NCBI GenBank assembly: GCA_021799485.1
Contig: JAJZAK010000001.1
Location: 34,458 to 98,457, forward strand
Direction: 5' to 3'
DNA length: 64,000 nt
Source: a bacterium
Lineage (GTDB): Bacteria > Elusimicrobiota > Elusimicrobia > UBA1565 > UBA9628
The translations under genes were made by a program, and so were the position numbers. Below, piece by piece: positions 47,281-57,253 of the stretch (its first letter is position 1; the number at the start of each line of letters is the position of its first letter). Below the pieces are notes generated by a model, which worked only from the letters and a program-made list of their open reading frames with translations, had not been told where the DNA came from and searched no databases.

Positions 47281-48069
47281 ATGCCACTTCCCTATTTGCT
47301 GGGCATCGTCGCGGGGGGGACCATCTTCCTTGGGTTCCCCATTGTCGCCTGGTCCGGAACCGGCCCCAAGCTCCGGGGCTTCTTCAACGCCGTCTCGACG
47401 GGCATCCTTCTCTTCATCCTGGTCGAAATCGTCGAGAAGGTCATCGATCCCATCGAGGATCTCTTCGCGGCCCATGCGGGCGGCTTCAACAAGCTTCCCG
47501 ACGCCTTCTTCTATAGCGGGACCTTCCTCGGGGGCCTGGCGATCGGCCTTCTCGGCATGGCGCTCTTCGAAAAGTTCTTCCTCGAACGGAGCGCCGCGTC
47601 CGGAGAACCTCGGGCCTCGGGTCCGACCCATATCGCCCTCATGATCGCCTCGGGCATCGGCCTCCATAACCTGACGGAGGGCTTGGCGATCGCGCAGTCT
47701 TATGGCTGGGGCGACCGGGAACTCGCCTGGACGCTCGCGATCGGATTCGCCCTGCACAACGCGACGGAGGGCTTCGGCATCGCCGCCCCCCTCGACAGGG
47801 AACGCCGGCGCGACTGGAAGCTCCTTTTCGGGCTGGGACTTCTCGGGGGAGGACCCACTCTCGTGGGGGCGGTTCTAGGTAGTTTCTGGCAGTCCCACTT
47901 CTTCAACACGCTCTCGATGGCGCTCGCCGCCGGCGCCATTCTTTACGTCGTGGGAGAGCTCATCCATATCGGCCGCAACTTGAAGGGCCACATGGTCGTC
48001 GAGGCGGGGCTCATCACGGGTTTCACGGTCGCCTTCCTGACCGAGATGTTCATCGCCTGGGCCTCTTAA
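47281..48069 (+). CDS. ZIP-family divalent metal transporter
   Basis: IGLHNLTEGLAI and ALHNATEGFGI motifs, multiple TMs. Confidence 0.92.
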   Translation: MPLPYLLGIVAGGTIFLGFPIVAWSGTGPKLRGFFNAVSTGILLFILVEIVEKVIDPIEDLFAAHAGGFNKLPDAFFYSGTFLGGLAIGLLGMALFEKFFLERSAASGEPRASGPTHIALMIASGIGLHNLTEGLAIAQSYGWGDRELAWTLAIGFALHNATEGFGIAAPLDRERRRDWKLLFGLGLLGGGPTLVGAVLGSFWQSHFFNTLSMALAAGAILYVVGELIHIGRNLKGHMVVEAGLITGFTVAFLTEMFIAWAS

Positions 48070-49564
48070 ACAATTCCCGGGCCGCGTCCAAGATGGCGCC
48101 GGTCGCGGACGGTCCGATCGAGTTCGTTTCCTCATAATGCCCGGGAAGGCGCGGCAGCATCAGGGCGTTCGACCGGATCTTAAAATCGTAGCCGGGTATG
48201 ATGTAGCCGATCTCGTCGTTGGCGAGACCGACGACCATGGTCACGGGAACCCCCAAAAAGCTCTGGAGATAGGGAGGCTTCGGCGCCCGGCTCAAGTCCG
48301 GCGGATTAAGGTTTCCGGGCGCGATCAGCGGATGGCCGAACGCATAGCGGCCGTCATAGCCCCCGATCACGAGCTCCGGAAATATCTCGCCCGGGATGCC
48401 GAGGATCGCGGCCTTTCCAATGGACAGTTCGGCGACTTCCGTCCGCACCCAAGGCAGGGAACTCTCGCTCAAGAGCCCCAACAGCCTCTCCAGGGGAATA
48501 GCCCAGCGCCTCCAAGGGGCAAGCGGCGCCCCCGAGCCGTCCAAAATCCGGTGGCCAAAGACAAGATGGGAAAGCATCAAAAGATAGCGGGAGTTCTCGA
48601 CGGGAAGAGAAACGACCTTTGACGCGGCCGAGAGGCGCGCGGAGGAAACGGCGAAGTCCGGCTTTTTGAGGAGCCTCCGGGCTTTCCGAGCGACGGCCCC
48701 GCCGATCCGAGCGGCCTCCGACCAGTCGTCGGCGCCCTTTTTCTTATCGGGAGTGAGCAGGCCTCCGATCGCCCCCGAAAGGTAGACGCAAGTCCCCCCC
48801 ATCCAGGCCTCCAAGTCGCGGCAAACATAGGCCGGGTAATCAGCCGTCAGCTCGAGATTATGCGGCCCGAGGACTTCGGGGTGGCAGGACCAGTTGACGA
48901 CGGTCGCGACGCTCTTGCCGGTCCTCGTCCGCAATCCCAGGACGGCTATCCGCGGGTCGATCACCACGGGATCCCGGCTGTCCCGGCAAAGCCCCCGGGG
49001 ATCGAGCGCCCCTTGGGCCCCGACCACGCCCACCACGACCATGCGCTTCTCAAGCCTCGCGAGCTCCGCCGCGATCGCTTTCTCTATGCGCGCGAGATAC
49101 CGGCCGTCGACGCCGGAAACGCCGGGCCACGGCCCCCAAAGCCCGAGCGTGTCGGGACCCGAGTGCGTGTGGGTCGCCGCGACGAAGAGAAAGGCTCCGG
49201 GCTTGTCGAAGCCCGAAAGCCGCCGAAGCTCCTGGACTTGACGGCGGAAAAACCCGATGAGATCCAAGGAGACGATTCCGACCTTGAGCCGTCCGTCGGA
49301 CAAAAGGAGAATCCGAGCCTCCAGAGGGTCGTGGACGCCCGTGGGGCGACGGCCCATGGAGCCGAAACCGGCCATATAGACATGTTCGACTCCCAGAATG
49401 GGGGTGATGTCCACCTTCCCGGCGGCCGCTTGCAACGCGCCGGCGGGACGAGCCGCCAAGAGACCAATCAGCGCGATGATTAGGAACATCAAGCTCGAAG
49501 GGATCGTCCGAGACGGCATGACGTCAGGAGCGGGCAGCCTAGGCATCGGGGGGACGCTCGGCAA
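48050..49564 (-). CDS. Exported neutral/alkaline ceramidase-like protein (start uncertain)
   Basis: VDITP, GVHDPL.AR, ATHTHSGPD, CHPEV, ADYP, PGEIFPE, LANDEIGY. Confidence 0.7.
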   Translation of the reverse strand: MPSVPPMPRLPAPDVMPSRTIPSSLMFLIIALIGLLAARPAGALQAAAGKVDITPILGVEHVYMAGFGSMGRRPTGVHDPLEARILLLSDGRLKVGIVSLDLIGFFRRQVQELRRLSGFDKPGAFLFVAATHTHSGPDTLGLWGPWPGVSGVDGRYLARIEKAIAAELARLEKRMVVVGVVGAQGALDPRGLCRDSRDPVVIDPRIAVLGLRTRTGKSVATVVNWSCHPEVLGPHNLELTADYPAYVCRDLEAWMGGTCVYLSGAIGGLLTPDKKKGADDWSEAARIGGAVARKARRLLKKPDFAVSSARLSAASKVVSLPVENSRYLLMLSHLVFGHRILDGSGAPLAPWRRWAIPLERLLGLLSESSLPWVRTEVAELSIGKAAILGIPGEIFPELVIGGYDGRYAFGHPLIAPGNLNPPDLSRAPKPPYLQSFLGVPVTMVVGLANDEIGYIIPGYDFKIRSNALMLPRLPGHYEETNSIGPSATGAILDAARELFKRPRR

Positions 49565-50319
49565 TGACGCTTGGCGTGGGCGACCAGGAGGGCATGAAAC
49601 TCATTATATATCTCATGGCGCCGCGGCAGTTGCGATGCGCAAAATTTCTGCGCGTCGCTGTAGGACGCCTCCCTAAAGTAGCCCATACGGCTCATGATCC
49701 TCTTGGTGTAGGCGTCGATGACGAATACCGGGCGTCGGGCGGCGAAGAGGATGATCGAATCGGCCGTCTCGGGACCAATCCCCCAAATCCCGAGCAAATC
49801 CGGACGCAATCTCCGCGTCGGCTGCTCCAGATAATCGGAGAGCTTGGAAGATTTTCCAAGGATATGCTCCGCGAAGATGCGGAGCTTTTGGGCCTTCTGG
49901 CGGAAATACCCCGACGGCCGCACGAGATGCGCCAGCTTGGCCAAGGGGGCGCGACGAATATCCGACAGCCGCACAAGCCCGGAACGCCTAAGATTCGCCA
50001 AGGCCTTGGTGACATTCGTCCAAGCGGTGTTCTGAGTCAGGATCGCGCCCAGCGCAATCTCGGTTTGGCGGGCCTCGTCCAAAGGTCCGAAGAAGAGCGG
50101 GCGATACGTCGGCGTCGCGTCTCCCTCCGATGTGACGGGCCACCATCCCTGGGGGCCGTAGGCGGCCAACAACGCGCGGTAGACGAGCCTCAGCGGGGGC
50201 GGAACAAACTGGTCAGCTCGGGCTTTGGAGGACTTTCTCGATTTTTTTGAAAAGACGGTCCGAGTCGAACGGCTTGATGATGTAATCGGTCGCTCCACTG
50301 GCGAATGCGGTCTCGACAT
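49489..50319 (-). CDS. Endonuclease III-related HhH-GPD glycosylase (true start probably near 50200)
   Basis: GPQGWWP, GAILTQNTAW, GIGPETADSI, C-x5-C-x2-C-x5-C Fe-S motif. Confidence 0.88.
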   Translation of the reverse strand: MSRPHSPVERPITSSSRSTRTVFSKKSRKSSKARADQFVPPPLRLVYRALLAAYGPQGWWPVTSEGDATPTYRPLFFGPLDEARQTEIALGAILTQNTAWTNVTKALANLRRSGLVRLSDIRRAPLAKLAHLVRPSGYFRQKAQKLRIFAEHILGKSSKLSDYLEQPTRRLRPDLLGIWGIGPETADSIILFAARRPVFVIDAYTKRIMSRMGYFREASYSDAQKFCASQLPRRHEIYNEFHALLVAHAKRHCRASPRCLGCPLLTSCRLGRSLRA

Positions 50320-50587
50320 CGCCCATGCGTCCCAATCCCGTCACGACGATGATTTTGACCTTCTGGGTCGCCGGGTCCGCCCTCAGGAGGCGGCAGACAT
50401 CAAAGCCGTCCATCTTGGGCAGCATGATGTCGAGAAGCATGACGTCGGGGCGATCCCGCTTCGCGGCCGCGACGGCCTGGGCGCCGTCCGCCACCCACTT
50501 CGTCTCGTAGCCCTTGGCCCGGAGAAGCGCCTCCAGGTTTTCGGCGACGGCCGGCTCGTCCTCGGCTATCAGAACCTTAACCGCCAT
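50213..50587 (-). CDS. Single-domain response regulator
   Basis: IAEDE, LLDIMLP, VVTG, IKPF. Confidence 0.93.
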   Translation of the reverse strand: MAVKVLIAEDEPAVAENLEALLRAKGYETKWVADGAQAVAAAKRDRPDVMLLDIMLPKMDGFDVCRLLRADPATQKVKIIVVTGLGRMGDVETAFASGATDYIIKPFDSDRLFKKIEKVLQSPS

Positions 50588-51368
50588 GAGTTTTCATCGT
50601 ATCATTTCGTCCCGACAGAGGCAAACGCAGGGCCAGAACGGCCGGACCGGTTCCCGGCGGAGCCACCGTCAGTTCTCCGCCCTGAAGACAAACGAGCCGG
50701 CGCACAAGCCCCAAGCCCCACCCGGACGTCATTTGGCCGCCCTTTCGCGCCGGGAAAAAAACGGAGGAGGCCTCCTTGATCGCCCTGTGTCCGTCGGGTT
50801 GGCTCTGGAAGGAGACTTTGATTTCCGCGTGAGAAATCCCCCAGGGATCGGCGGAGAGGAGAATGTCGCCCTCGGACCTATTTTTGCGTGCGTAAAAGAG
50901 AAGGCTCGACAGGAATCGGGCGGCCCTGTCCCGGTCCACTTTGACTTTCAAATCGGGGAGAGCTCCCGCCACGACGATGCGCATGCCCAACCGCGCGGCG
51001 CCGGGACTCTGGGCCGCCACGGCGTCGTCCACGAGCTCCTTGAGGGGAACGTCCTCGGAAAACGGATGGAGATCTCGAAGGAGAAAAAAATGGTTGAAGT
51101 CGCGGAACCCGCCCAGAAGCTCGGAGAGCCGAAGCGTTTGGTCGCGCAGAAGATCGAGCCATTCGCGCTGGGCCTTCGGGACCTCTCCGAAGAGGCCATC
51201 CACGAAATTGACGACGGTCATTTGGATCGCGGTCATGGGGGTGTTCATCTCGTGGATGCCATGAGAAAAAAACTTTCCCAGACGGCGGTAACGCCAAGCC
51301 CATAGGGCGCTCGCCGCGGCGGCGCCGACGGCGGCGCCGGCCAGAAGCCCCCAGGCAAAGCCGCTCAT
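50577..51368 (-). CDS. Histidine kinase-like protein with intact H-box and degenerate ATPase domain
   Basis: One TM, HEMNTP, GWGLGL; N and G1 boxes not recognisable. Confidence 0.75.
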   Translation of the reverse strand: MSGFAWGLLAGAAVGAAAASALWAWRYRRLGKFFSHGIHEMNTPMTAIQMTVVNFVDGLFGEVPKAQREWLDLLRDQTLRLSELLGGFRDFNHFFLLRDLHPFSEDVPLKELVDDAVAAQSPGAARLGMRIVVAGALPDLKVKVDRDRAARFLSSLLFYARKNRSEGDILLSADPWGISHAEIKVSFQSQPDGHRAIKEASSVFFPARKGGQMTSGWGLGLVRRLVCLQGGELTVAPPGTGPAVLALRLPLSGRNDTMKTHGG

Positions 51369-51889
51369 CTCTCGAAGACGACCCTGGATCGGGACGCGTG
51401 GCGCCGCGCGAGCTTGACGTAGGATTCGGCGCTGCGCTTGAGGACGTCCCTTTCCTTGGCCGTGAGAACCCGCGCCACCCGCGCCGGAGAGCCGAGGACA
51501 AGGCTGCGCGGCGGGATTTTCATGCCCGCAAGCACCAAGGCGCCGGCCGCGACGAGGCTCTCGGCCCCCACGTCCGCCTCCATGACGATCGCGCCCATGC
51601 CGATAAGGCAGCCGTTCCCTACCCGAGCCCCGTGAATGATAGCGCCGTGCCCCACCGTGACGCCCCGCCCCAGCGACGCCGGGAAGCCCTCCCTCCCATG
51701 AAGCACGGCCCCGTCCTGGATGTTGGTGCGCTCCCCGATCGTGATGCGGCACACATCCGCCCTCAGAACCGCGCCCGGCCAGACGGAAGCATCCCGGCCG
51801 ATCGACACCCGTCCCACGATCTCGGAGGCGTCGTGGACGAACGCCGAGGGATGGACGGACGGCTTGGCGGCTCCGAGAGCCCTAATCAT
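51365..51889 (-). CDS. Gamma-carbonic anhydrase family protein (YrdA/PaaY-like)
   Basis: Hexapeptide repeats; VLRAD, NIQDG..H, VGHGAIIHG. Confidence 0.92.
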   Translation of the reverse strand: MIRALGAAKPSVHPSAFVHDASEIVGRVSIGRDASVWPGAVLRADVCRITIGERTNIQDGAVLHGREGFPASLGRGVTVGHGAIIHGARVGNGCLIGMGAIVMEADVGAESLVAAGALVLAGMKIPPRSLVLGSPARVARVLTAKERDVLKRSAESYVKLARRHASRSRVVFER

Positions 51890-51978
51890 TGTCCCGGCGT
51901 CCCGGCCTGCGACTCATAAAGTGTTTGATACAATAGCAAAAGTAGGCCTTCGGCAATCAGCCGCCGGCATTTCCTCGC

Positions 51979-54840
51979 ATGGAAAAAATCATCATCCGCG
52001 GCGCGCGCCAGCACAACCTCAAGAACATCAGCCTCGATCTGCCGCGGGGCAAGCTCATCGTCGTGACGGGCCTCTCCGGCTCCGGGAAATCCTCCCTCGC
52101 CTTCGACACTCTTTACGCCGAGGGCCAGCGCCGCTATGTCGAGAGCCTCTCGGCCTACGCCCGCCAGTTCCTGGAGATGAGGGAGAAGCCGGACGTGGAC
52201 TCGATCGAGGGCCTTTCCCCGGCGATCGCGATCGAACAGAGAAGCCCCTCGCACAACCCCCGCTCGACCGTCGCGACAACGACGGAAGTCTACGACCACC
52301 TGCGCCTTCTCTATGCCCGCGTCGGGCGACCTCACTGCCCCCGATGCGGACGCCTTATCATGGCGCAGTCGCCGCAGGCGATTGCCGCCGACGCTCTAAA
52401 AAGCTGGGCAGGCCAGCCCATCGTCCTCTACGCCCCGCTTGTCCAAGGCCGCCAGGGGACCTACGAGGATCTTTTCAAGCGCCTGAAGCGCTCCGGATAT
52501 ACCGCCGTGCGGGTTGACGGCAAGAGTTTTGACCTGGACGCCCCTCCCAAGCTCTCGCGCTACCAGCGGCACACGATCGAGCTTTTCATCGACCGCCTGC
52601 GCGCGGATCCAGAGGAGAAATCCCGCCTCGCGGAGGCGGTGGAGCTCGCCCTCAAGGAGTCGCGGGGCTTGGTCCGCGTCGAATCCTCCAAGGCTCCCTC
52701 CACGGGCAAGCTCATGAGCGAACATCACGCCTGCCCCGAATGCCAGACGAGCATCCCGGAGCTCGAGCCGAGGCTTTTCTCGTTCAATTCCCCCTACGGC
52801 GCCTGCCCGGCGTGCGGCGGGCTGGGCGTTAAGATCGAGGTCGATCCGGCCCTCGTGGTGCCCAACCCTTCCCTCTCCGTGCGAGAGGGCGCGATCACCG
52901 CATGGTCCGATCCCGTCACGACCAGGACCAACCGATGGAAACGATCCTGGTCGGGCTATTACTCGGAAATCCTCGAGGGGGTCTGCGGCCGCCACGGCAT
53001 CGATCCGACGGCGCCCTGGAAGGACCTGGGGCCGAAGGCCCGCCATCTTCTCCTCTATGGCGATCCCGAGCGCAACGGGGAGGAAGGGCGCTCGGGGCGA
53101 TTCGAGGGCGTCTTGCGCAACCTCGAGCGCAGGCTCGCCGAAAGCGAGTCCGACTTCGTCAAGGCGGCGATCACGGAGCGTTTCATGCGCCGCAAGATCT
53201 GCCCGGAATGCCGCGGCGCGCGCTTGAAGCCCGAGGCGCGCGCCGTGACGATCGGGGGGCTTGGGATCCATGATCTCTCCCACCTGTCCGTCTCCAGGGC
53301 CTCCGAGTTTTTATCCGGCCTCTCTTGGACGGAAAACGAGCGCGCGATCGCCAGGCTCCCTCTCAAGGAAATCCTCGCGCGCCTGCAATTCCTCAAGGAC
53401 GTCGGCCTCGACTATCTGACGCTCGACCGCGCGTCGGAGACCCTCGCGGGGGGAGAGGCTCAAAGGATTTACCTCGCGACCCAGATCGGCTCGGGGCTCA
53501 CCGGCGTCCTTTACGTCCTCGACGAGCCATCGATCGGCCTCCACCCCCGCGACAACACAAGGCTTCTGGCGACCTTGAGGCGGCTTCGCGACCTGGGGAA
53601 CACCCTGGTGGTGGTCGAGCACGACGAGGAGACGATTCGCAGCGCGGATTGGATCGTGGACTTGGGGCCCGGAGCGGGCATCCACGGAGGACAGATCGTC
53701 GCCCAAGGGCCGCTCGATCGCATCCTCGCGTCGCCGAAATCGCTCACGGGACGCAGGCTGCGCGGAGAGGATCCGCCGATCCTCCCGGGGGCCAAGCGCG
53801 AAATCAAGGGCTACCTCACCGTCTTGGGCGCCAAGCAATTCAACCTCAAATCGATCGACGTCAAAATCCCCCTCGGCCTCTTCGTATGCGTCACGGGCGT
53901 TTCCGGCTCCGGCAAGTCGACCCTCGTCTTCGATGTGCTCCATAAAGCCCTCGCCCGCAAATTCGGCGCGACGCGGGAAATTCCCGGGGAGCACCGGGCG
54001 ATCCGGGGCGCCGAGCTCATCGACAAGGCGATCGTCATCGACCAGTCGCCGATCGGGCGAACCCCGCGCTCCAATCCCGCGACCTACACCGGCCTTTGGA
54101 CCCCTATTCGCGAGCTCTTCGCCGAGCTTCCAACGGCCAAAGCCCGCGGCTACAAGCCCGGGCGGTTCTCGTTCAACGTGAAGGGCGGCCGCTGCGAGAA
54201 CTGCGAGGGAGACGGGACGCTCCGCATCTCGATGCAGTTCCTCCCCGACGTCCACGTCGTCTGCGACGAATGCCGCGGGGCGCGCTTCAACGAGGAGACC
54301 CTGGCCGTTCGCTACAAGGGGAAATCCATCGCGGACGCGCTGCGCATGACCGTGGAGGAAGCCGCGGAGTTTTTCTCGGCCCATCCCTTCATCGTGCGCA
54401 CCCTCAAAACGCTCGCGGACGTGGGACTGGGCTACATCGCCCTGGGTCAAAGCGCCACCACGCTGTCCGGAGGCGAGGCCCAGCGAGTCAAGCTCGCCTC
54501 GGAACTTTCAAGGCGCGGGACGGGGCGGACCCTCTATATTCTCGACGAGCCCACGACCGGACTTCATTTCGCAGACGTCGCGATGCTCCTCAAGGTGCTC
54601 CATCGGCTCGTCGACGCCGGCAACACCGTCCTCGTCATCGAGCACAACCTGGACGTCGTCAAGACCTCCGACTGGGTGATCGATCTCGGCCCCGAGGGCG
54701 GAGAGCGCGGCGGAGAGCTCGTCGCGGAGGGGACTCCGGCCGAACTCGCCCGGAACCCCGCTTCCTATACGGGGCGCTACCTCAAGAAAGAATTCAGCGA
54801 TCAACCCCAGCCGTCCGCGAAACTGATCGCCGAGCGCTGA
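51979..54840 (+). CDS. uvrA: Excinuclease ABC subunit A
   Basis: GLSGSGKSS, two ABC modules, zinc fingers, [12 protein letters not shown]. Confidence 0.98.
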   Translation: MEKIIIRGARQHNLKNISLDLPRGKLIVVTGLSGSGKSSLAFDTLYAEGQRRYVESLSAYARQFLEMREKPDVDSIEGLSPAIAIEQRSPSHNPRSTVATTTEVYDHLRLLYARVGRPHCPRCGRLIMAQSPQAIAADALKSWAGQPIVLYAPLVQGRQGTYEDLFKRLKRSGYTAVRVDGKSFDLDAPPKLSRYQRHTIELFIDRLRADPEEKSRLAEAVELALKESRGLVRVESSKAPSTGKLMSEHHACPECQTSIPELEPRLFSFNSPYGACPACGGLGVKIEVDPALVVPNPSLSVREGAITAWSDPVTTRTNRWKRSWSGYYSEILEGVCGRHGIDPTAPWKDLGPKARHLLLYGDPERNGEEGRSGRFEGVLRNLERRLAESESDFVKAAITERFMRRKICPECRGARLKPEARAVTIGGLGIHDLSHLSVSRASEFLSGLSWTENERAIARLPLKEILARLQFLKDVGLDYLTLDRASETLAGGEAQRIYLATQIGSGLTGVLYVLDEPSIGLHPRDNTRLLATLRRLRDLGNTLVVVEHDEETIRSADWIVDLGPGAGIHGGQIVAQGPLDRILASPKSLTGRRLRGEDPPILPGAKREIKGYLTVLGAKQFNLKSIDVKIPLGLFVCVTGVSGSGKSTLVFDVLHKALARKFGATREIPGEHRAIRGAELIDKAIVIDQSPIGRTPRSNPATYTGLWTPIRELFAELPTAKARGYKPGRFSFNVKGGRCENCEGDGTLRISMQFLPDVHVVCDECRGARFNEETLAVRYKGKSIADALRMTVEEAAEFFSAHPFIVRTLKTLADVGLGYIALGQSATTLSGGEAQRVKLASELSRRGTGRTLYILDEPTTGLHFADVAMLLKVLHRLVDAGNTVLVIEHNLDVVKTSDWVIDLGPEGGERGGELVAEGTPAELARNPASYTGRYLKKEFSDQPQPSAKLIAER

Positions 54841-54855
54841 CGGCTGCAAACCGTT

Positions 54856-55707
54856 CTACAGGCCGAAGTCCATGTAGGGATCGAAGGCCCGTCCCGAGCT
54901 TGAAAAACGAGGCGGGACTCGAGAGACGCGATCGGCCATCCAGCGCCGCCATTTCCTCTCCATTTGCTGAAGCGACGTATAGCGGTAGGCATCCCAGATC
55001 GCGTCTTGAACGCCCATGCCCTTTCGGAGGTCGGAGCACAGGGTGCTGAAGCGAAAACTGCCGCCGTTGGAGCGCAGAAACTGGACCAAGGCATACGCCT
55101 CCGCGTACCATTCCCCCACTCCCTCGGCGCCCCCGCCGACATCCGTGATTGGATTGAGCTTGACGAAAGTCGCCGTTGGAAACGGCAGATAGCCGCGCTG
55201 CGCGAACCCCGCCATCGCCCAATACCATTGCGACGTCGACTGGTCCGCGCTCTCCTCGGACATGGCGACGCCCTCATTGATCCAAGGCGGGGGCATGGCC
55301 CGGCCCCAATACTGCTCAAAGCGCAAATGCGTCATCTCGTGAGCCAGGATCCGCTCGATGCCCCTCTGCCGGGCGGAGGCGCAGACAAGGACCGTCTTCG
55401 GCTTGATCGCAAGCCCCTGCGACCACGCTGGCGGGCGAAAGGAGCTCGCGAGATAGCTCCCGCGGTTTCGAAAGAGATTCAACTCGATGAGGCGCTCCCG
55501 GCCCGCATAACCCAGGAACCCCAGGCCGAAATCGATCCGGCTTAATATCGAGTCGACGTTGAGGCTCCAAGCAGGCGGCAGCGTCTTGAACTCCGCGCAT
55601 GTGACGACCTTGCGCCCATGCCGGTCGGTCCAGCCCCGCGGACAAGCCGCAGAGACTCGGGCGGCGCAACTTGCCGCGAGGAGGATGCCGACGAGACGAT
55701 GGCGCAT
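54856..55707 (-). CDS. Exported peptidase MA-like (gluzincin) protein
   Basis: Signal peptide; AHEMTH followed by WINEGVA. Confidence 0.75.
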   Translation of the reverse strand: MRHRLVGILLAASCAARVSAACPRGWTDRHGRKVVTCAEFKTLPPAWSLNVDSILSRIDFGLGFLGYAGRERLIELNLFRNRGSYLASSFRPPAWSQGLAIKPKTVLVCASARQRGIERILAHEMTHLRFEQYWGRAMPPPWINEGVAMSEESADQSTSQWYWAMAGFAQRGYLPFPTATFVKLNPITDVGGGAEGVGEWYAEAYALVQFLRSNGGSFRFSTLCSDLRKGMGVQDAIWDAYRYTSLQQMERKWRRWMADRVSRVPPRFSSSGRAFDPYMDFGL

Positions 55708-55783
55708 CGATGGGACGCCCCGGAGCCGTCTCCGGGATTTGCTATGATATCACTTCAATAATTCCCTGCGCGAGGTTTTATCC

Positions 55784-57238
55784 ATGGACACGATGAAGAC
55801 CCTGTTTCTCAACCCCCCTTCCTACGAAGGTTTTGACGGGGGCGCGGGCGCCCGATATCAGGCCCGGCGAGAGATCCGCTCTTTCTGGTACCCCACGTGG
55901 CTTGCCCAGCCGGCGGCGCTGATCCCCAATTCCAAGCTCATCGACGCCCCCGCGGATGACCTCACCGTCGAGGAAACCCTCCGGCGCGCCAAGGACTGCG
56001 AGCTCGCCATCCTCCACACCTCGACCCCCTCCTTCGACAACGACGTCCGCTTCGCCCAAGCGCTCAAGGATCAGAACCCGAGCATCAAGGTCGGCCTCGT
56101 GGGCGCCCACGTGGCGGTCCTGCCGGAAGAGTCCCTCAAGGCGAGCGCGGCGCTTGATTTCGTGGCCCGCGAGGAGTTCGATTTCACGATCCTCGACGTC
56201 GCCCGGGGCAAACCCCTGGCGGACATCCCGGGGCTGAGCTACCGCCAAAACGGCGCCGTCTCCCATAATCCCGACCGGGAGCTCATCGGCGACATGGACT
56301 CCCTGCCGAGCGTCATCGACGTCTACAAGAGGGATCTCACGATCGAGAATTACTATATCGGGTACTTGAAGCACCCCTATGTTTCCCTCTACACCGGCCG
56401 CGGATGCCCCGCGCGCTGCACCTTCTGCCTCTGGCCGCAGACGGTCGGCGGCCACGTCTACCGGACCAAAAGCGCCAAGAAGGTGATCTCCGAGATGGCG
56501 CGAGCCGCCGAGCTTTTCCCCCAAGTCAAGGAATTTTTCTTCGACGACGACACCTTCACGGCCGATCTCGCCCGCGCCGCGGAGATCGCCAAGGGCCTCG
56601 GCCGACTGGGCTTGACCTGGTCCTGCAACGCTCGCGCGAACGTGCCCTACGAGTATCTCAAGATATTCCGCGACAACGGCCTGCGCCTTCTCCTCGTCGG
56701 CTACGAATCGGGGAACCAACAGATTCTCAACAACATCAAGAAGGGCATCCGCATCGACATCGCCAGGGAATTCACCCGCAACTGCCGTTCGCTTGGCATC
56801 ACAATCCACGGAACCTTCATCCTGGGCTTGCCCGGCGAAAACCAAGAGACGATCGAGGAGTCGATCCGCTACGCCTGTGATCTGGACGTCGACACCATCC
56901 AAGTCTCCCTCGCGGCCCCCTATCCCGGAACGGAACTCTACCGCCAAGCCATGGCCAACAAATGGTTCGACGAGAACGCGCTCGTGCGCAACGACGGGAC
57001 CCAGGCCTGCACCCTCGAATATCCGCATTTGACGGGGGACGACATCGCGGCCGGCGTGAAGCGATTTTATTCCCGGTTTTACTTCAGGCCCCGCCCCATC
57101 GGGCGCATGATCCTGCAGATGGCGCGCGATCCCCACGAGCGTCGGCGGCGCCTTCGCGAAGGCATCGAGTTCTTGAGCTACCTAAAAAAACGGACGAAAG
57201 AACCCTCCGCGGCCGCTTCCCAGACGGTGCCAGCTTAG
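55784..57238 (+). CDS. hpnJ: Hopanoid-associated radical SAM protein HpnJ
   Basis: PPSYEGFDGGAGARYQARREIRSFWYPTWLAQ; CPARCTFCLWPQT; FDDDTF. Confidence 0.93.
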   Translation: MDTMKTLFLNPPSYEGFDGGAGARYQARREIRSFWYPTWLAQPAALIPNSKLIDAPADDLTVEETLRRAKDCELAILHTSTPSFDNDVRFAQALKDQNPSIKVGLVGAHVAVLPEESLKASAALDFVAREEFDFTILDVARGKPLADIPGLSYRQNGAVSHNPDRELIGDMDSLPSVIDVYKRDLTIENYYIGYLKHPYVSLYTGRGCPARCTFCLWPQTVGGHVYRTKSAKKVISEMARAAELFPQVKEFFFDDDTFTADLARAAEIAKGLGRLGLTWSCNARANVPYEYLKIFRDNGLRLLLVGYESGNQQILNNIKKGIRIDIAREFTRNCRSLGITIHGTFILGLPGENQETIEESIRYACDLDVDTIQVSLAAPYPGTELYRQAMANKWFDENALVRNDGTQACTLEYPHLTGDDIAAGVKRFYSRFYFRPRPIGRMILQMARDPHERRRRLREGIEFLSYLKKRTKEPSAAASQTVPA

Positions 57239-57253
57239 GGCTCATTCCGCCCC

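Noticed and set aside
51890-51978. SOS/LexA box upstream of uvrA
   Set aside because: AT-rich promoter region but no recognisable LexA palindrome
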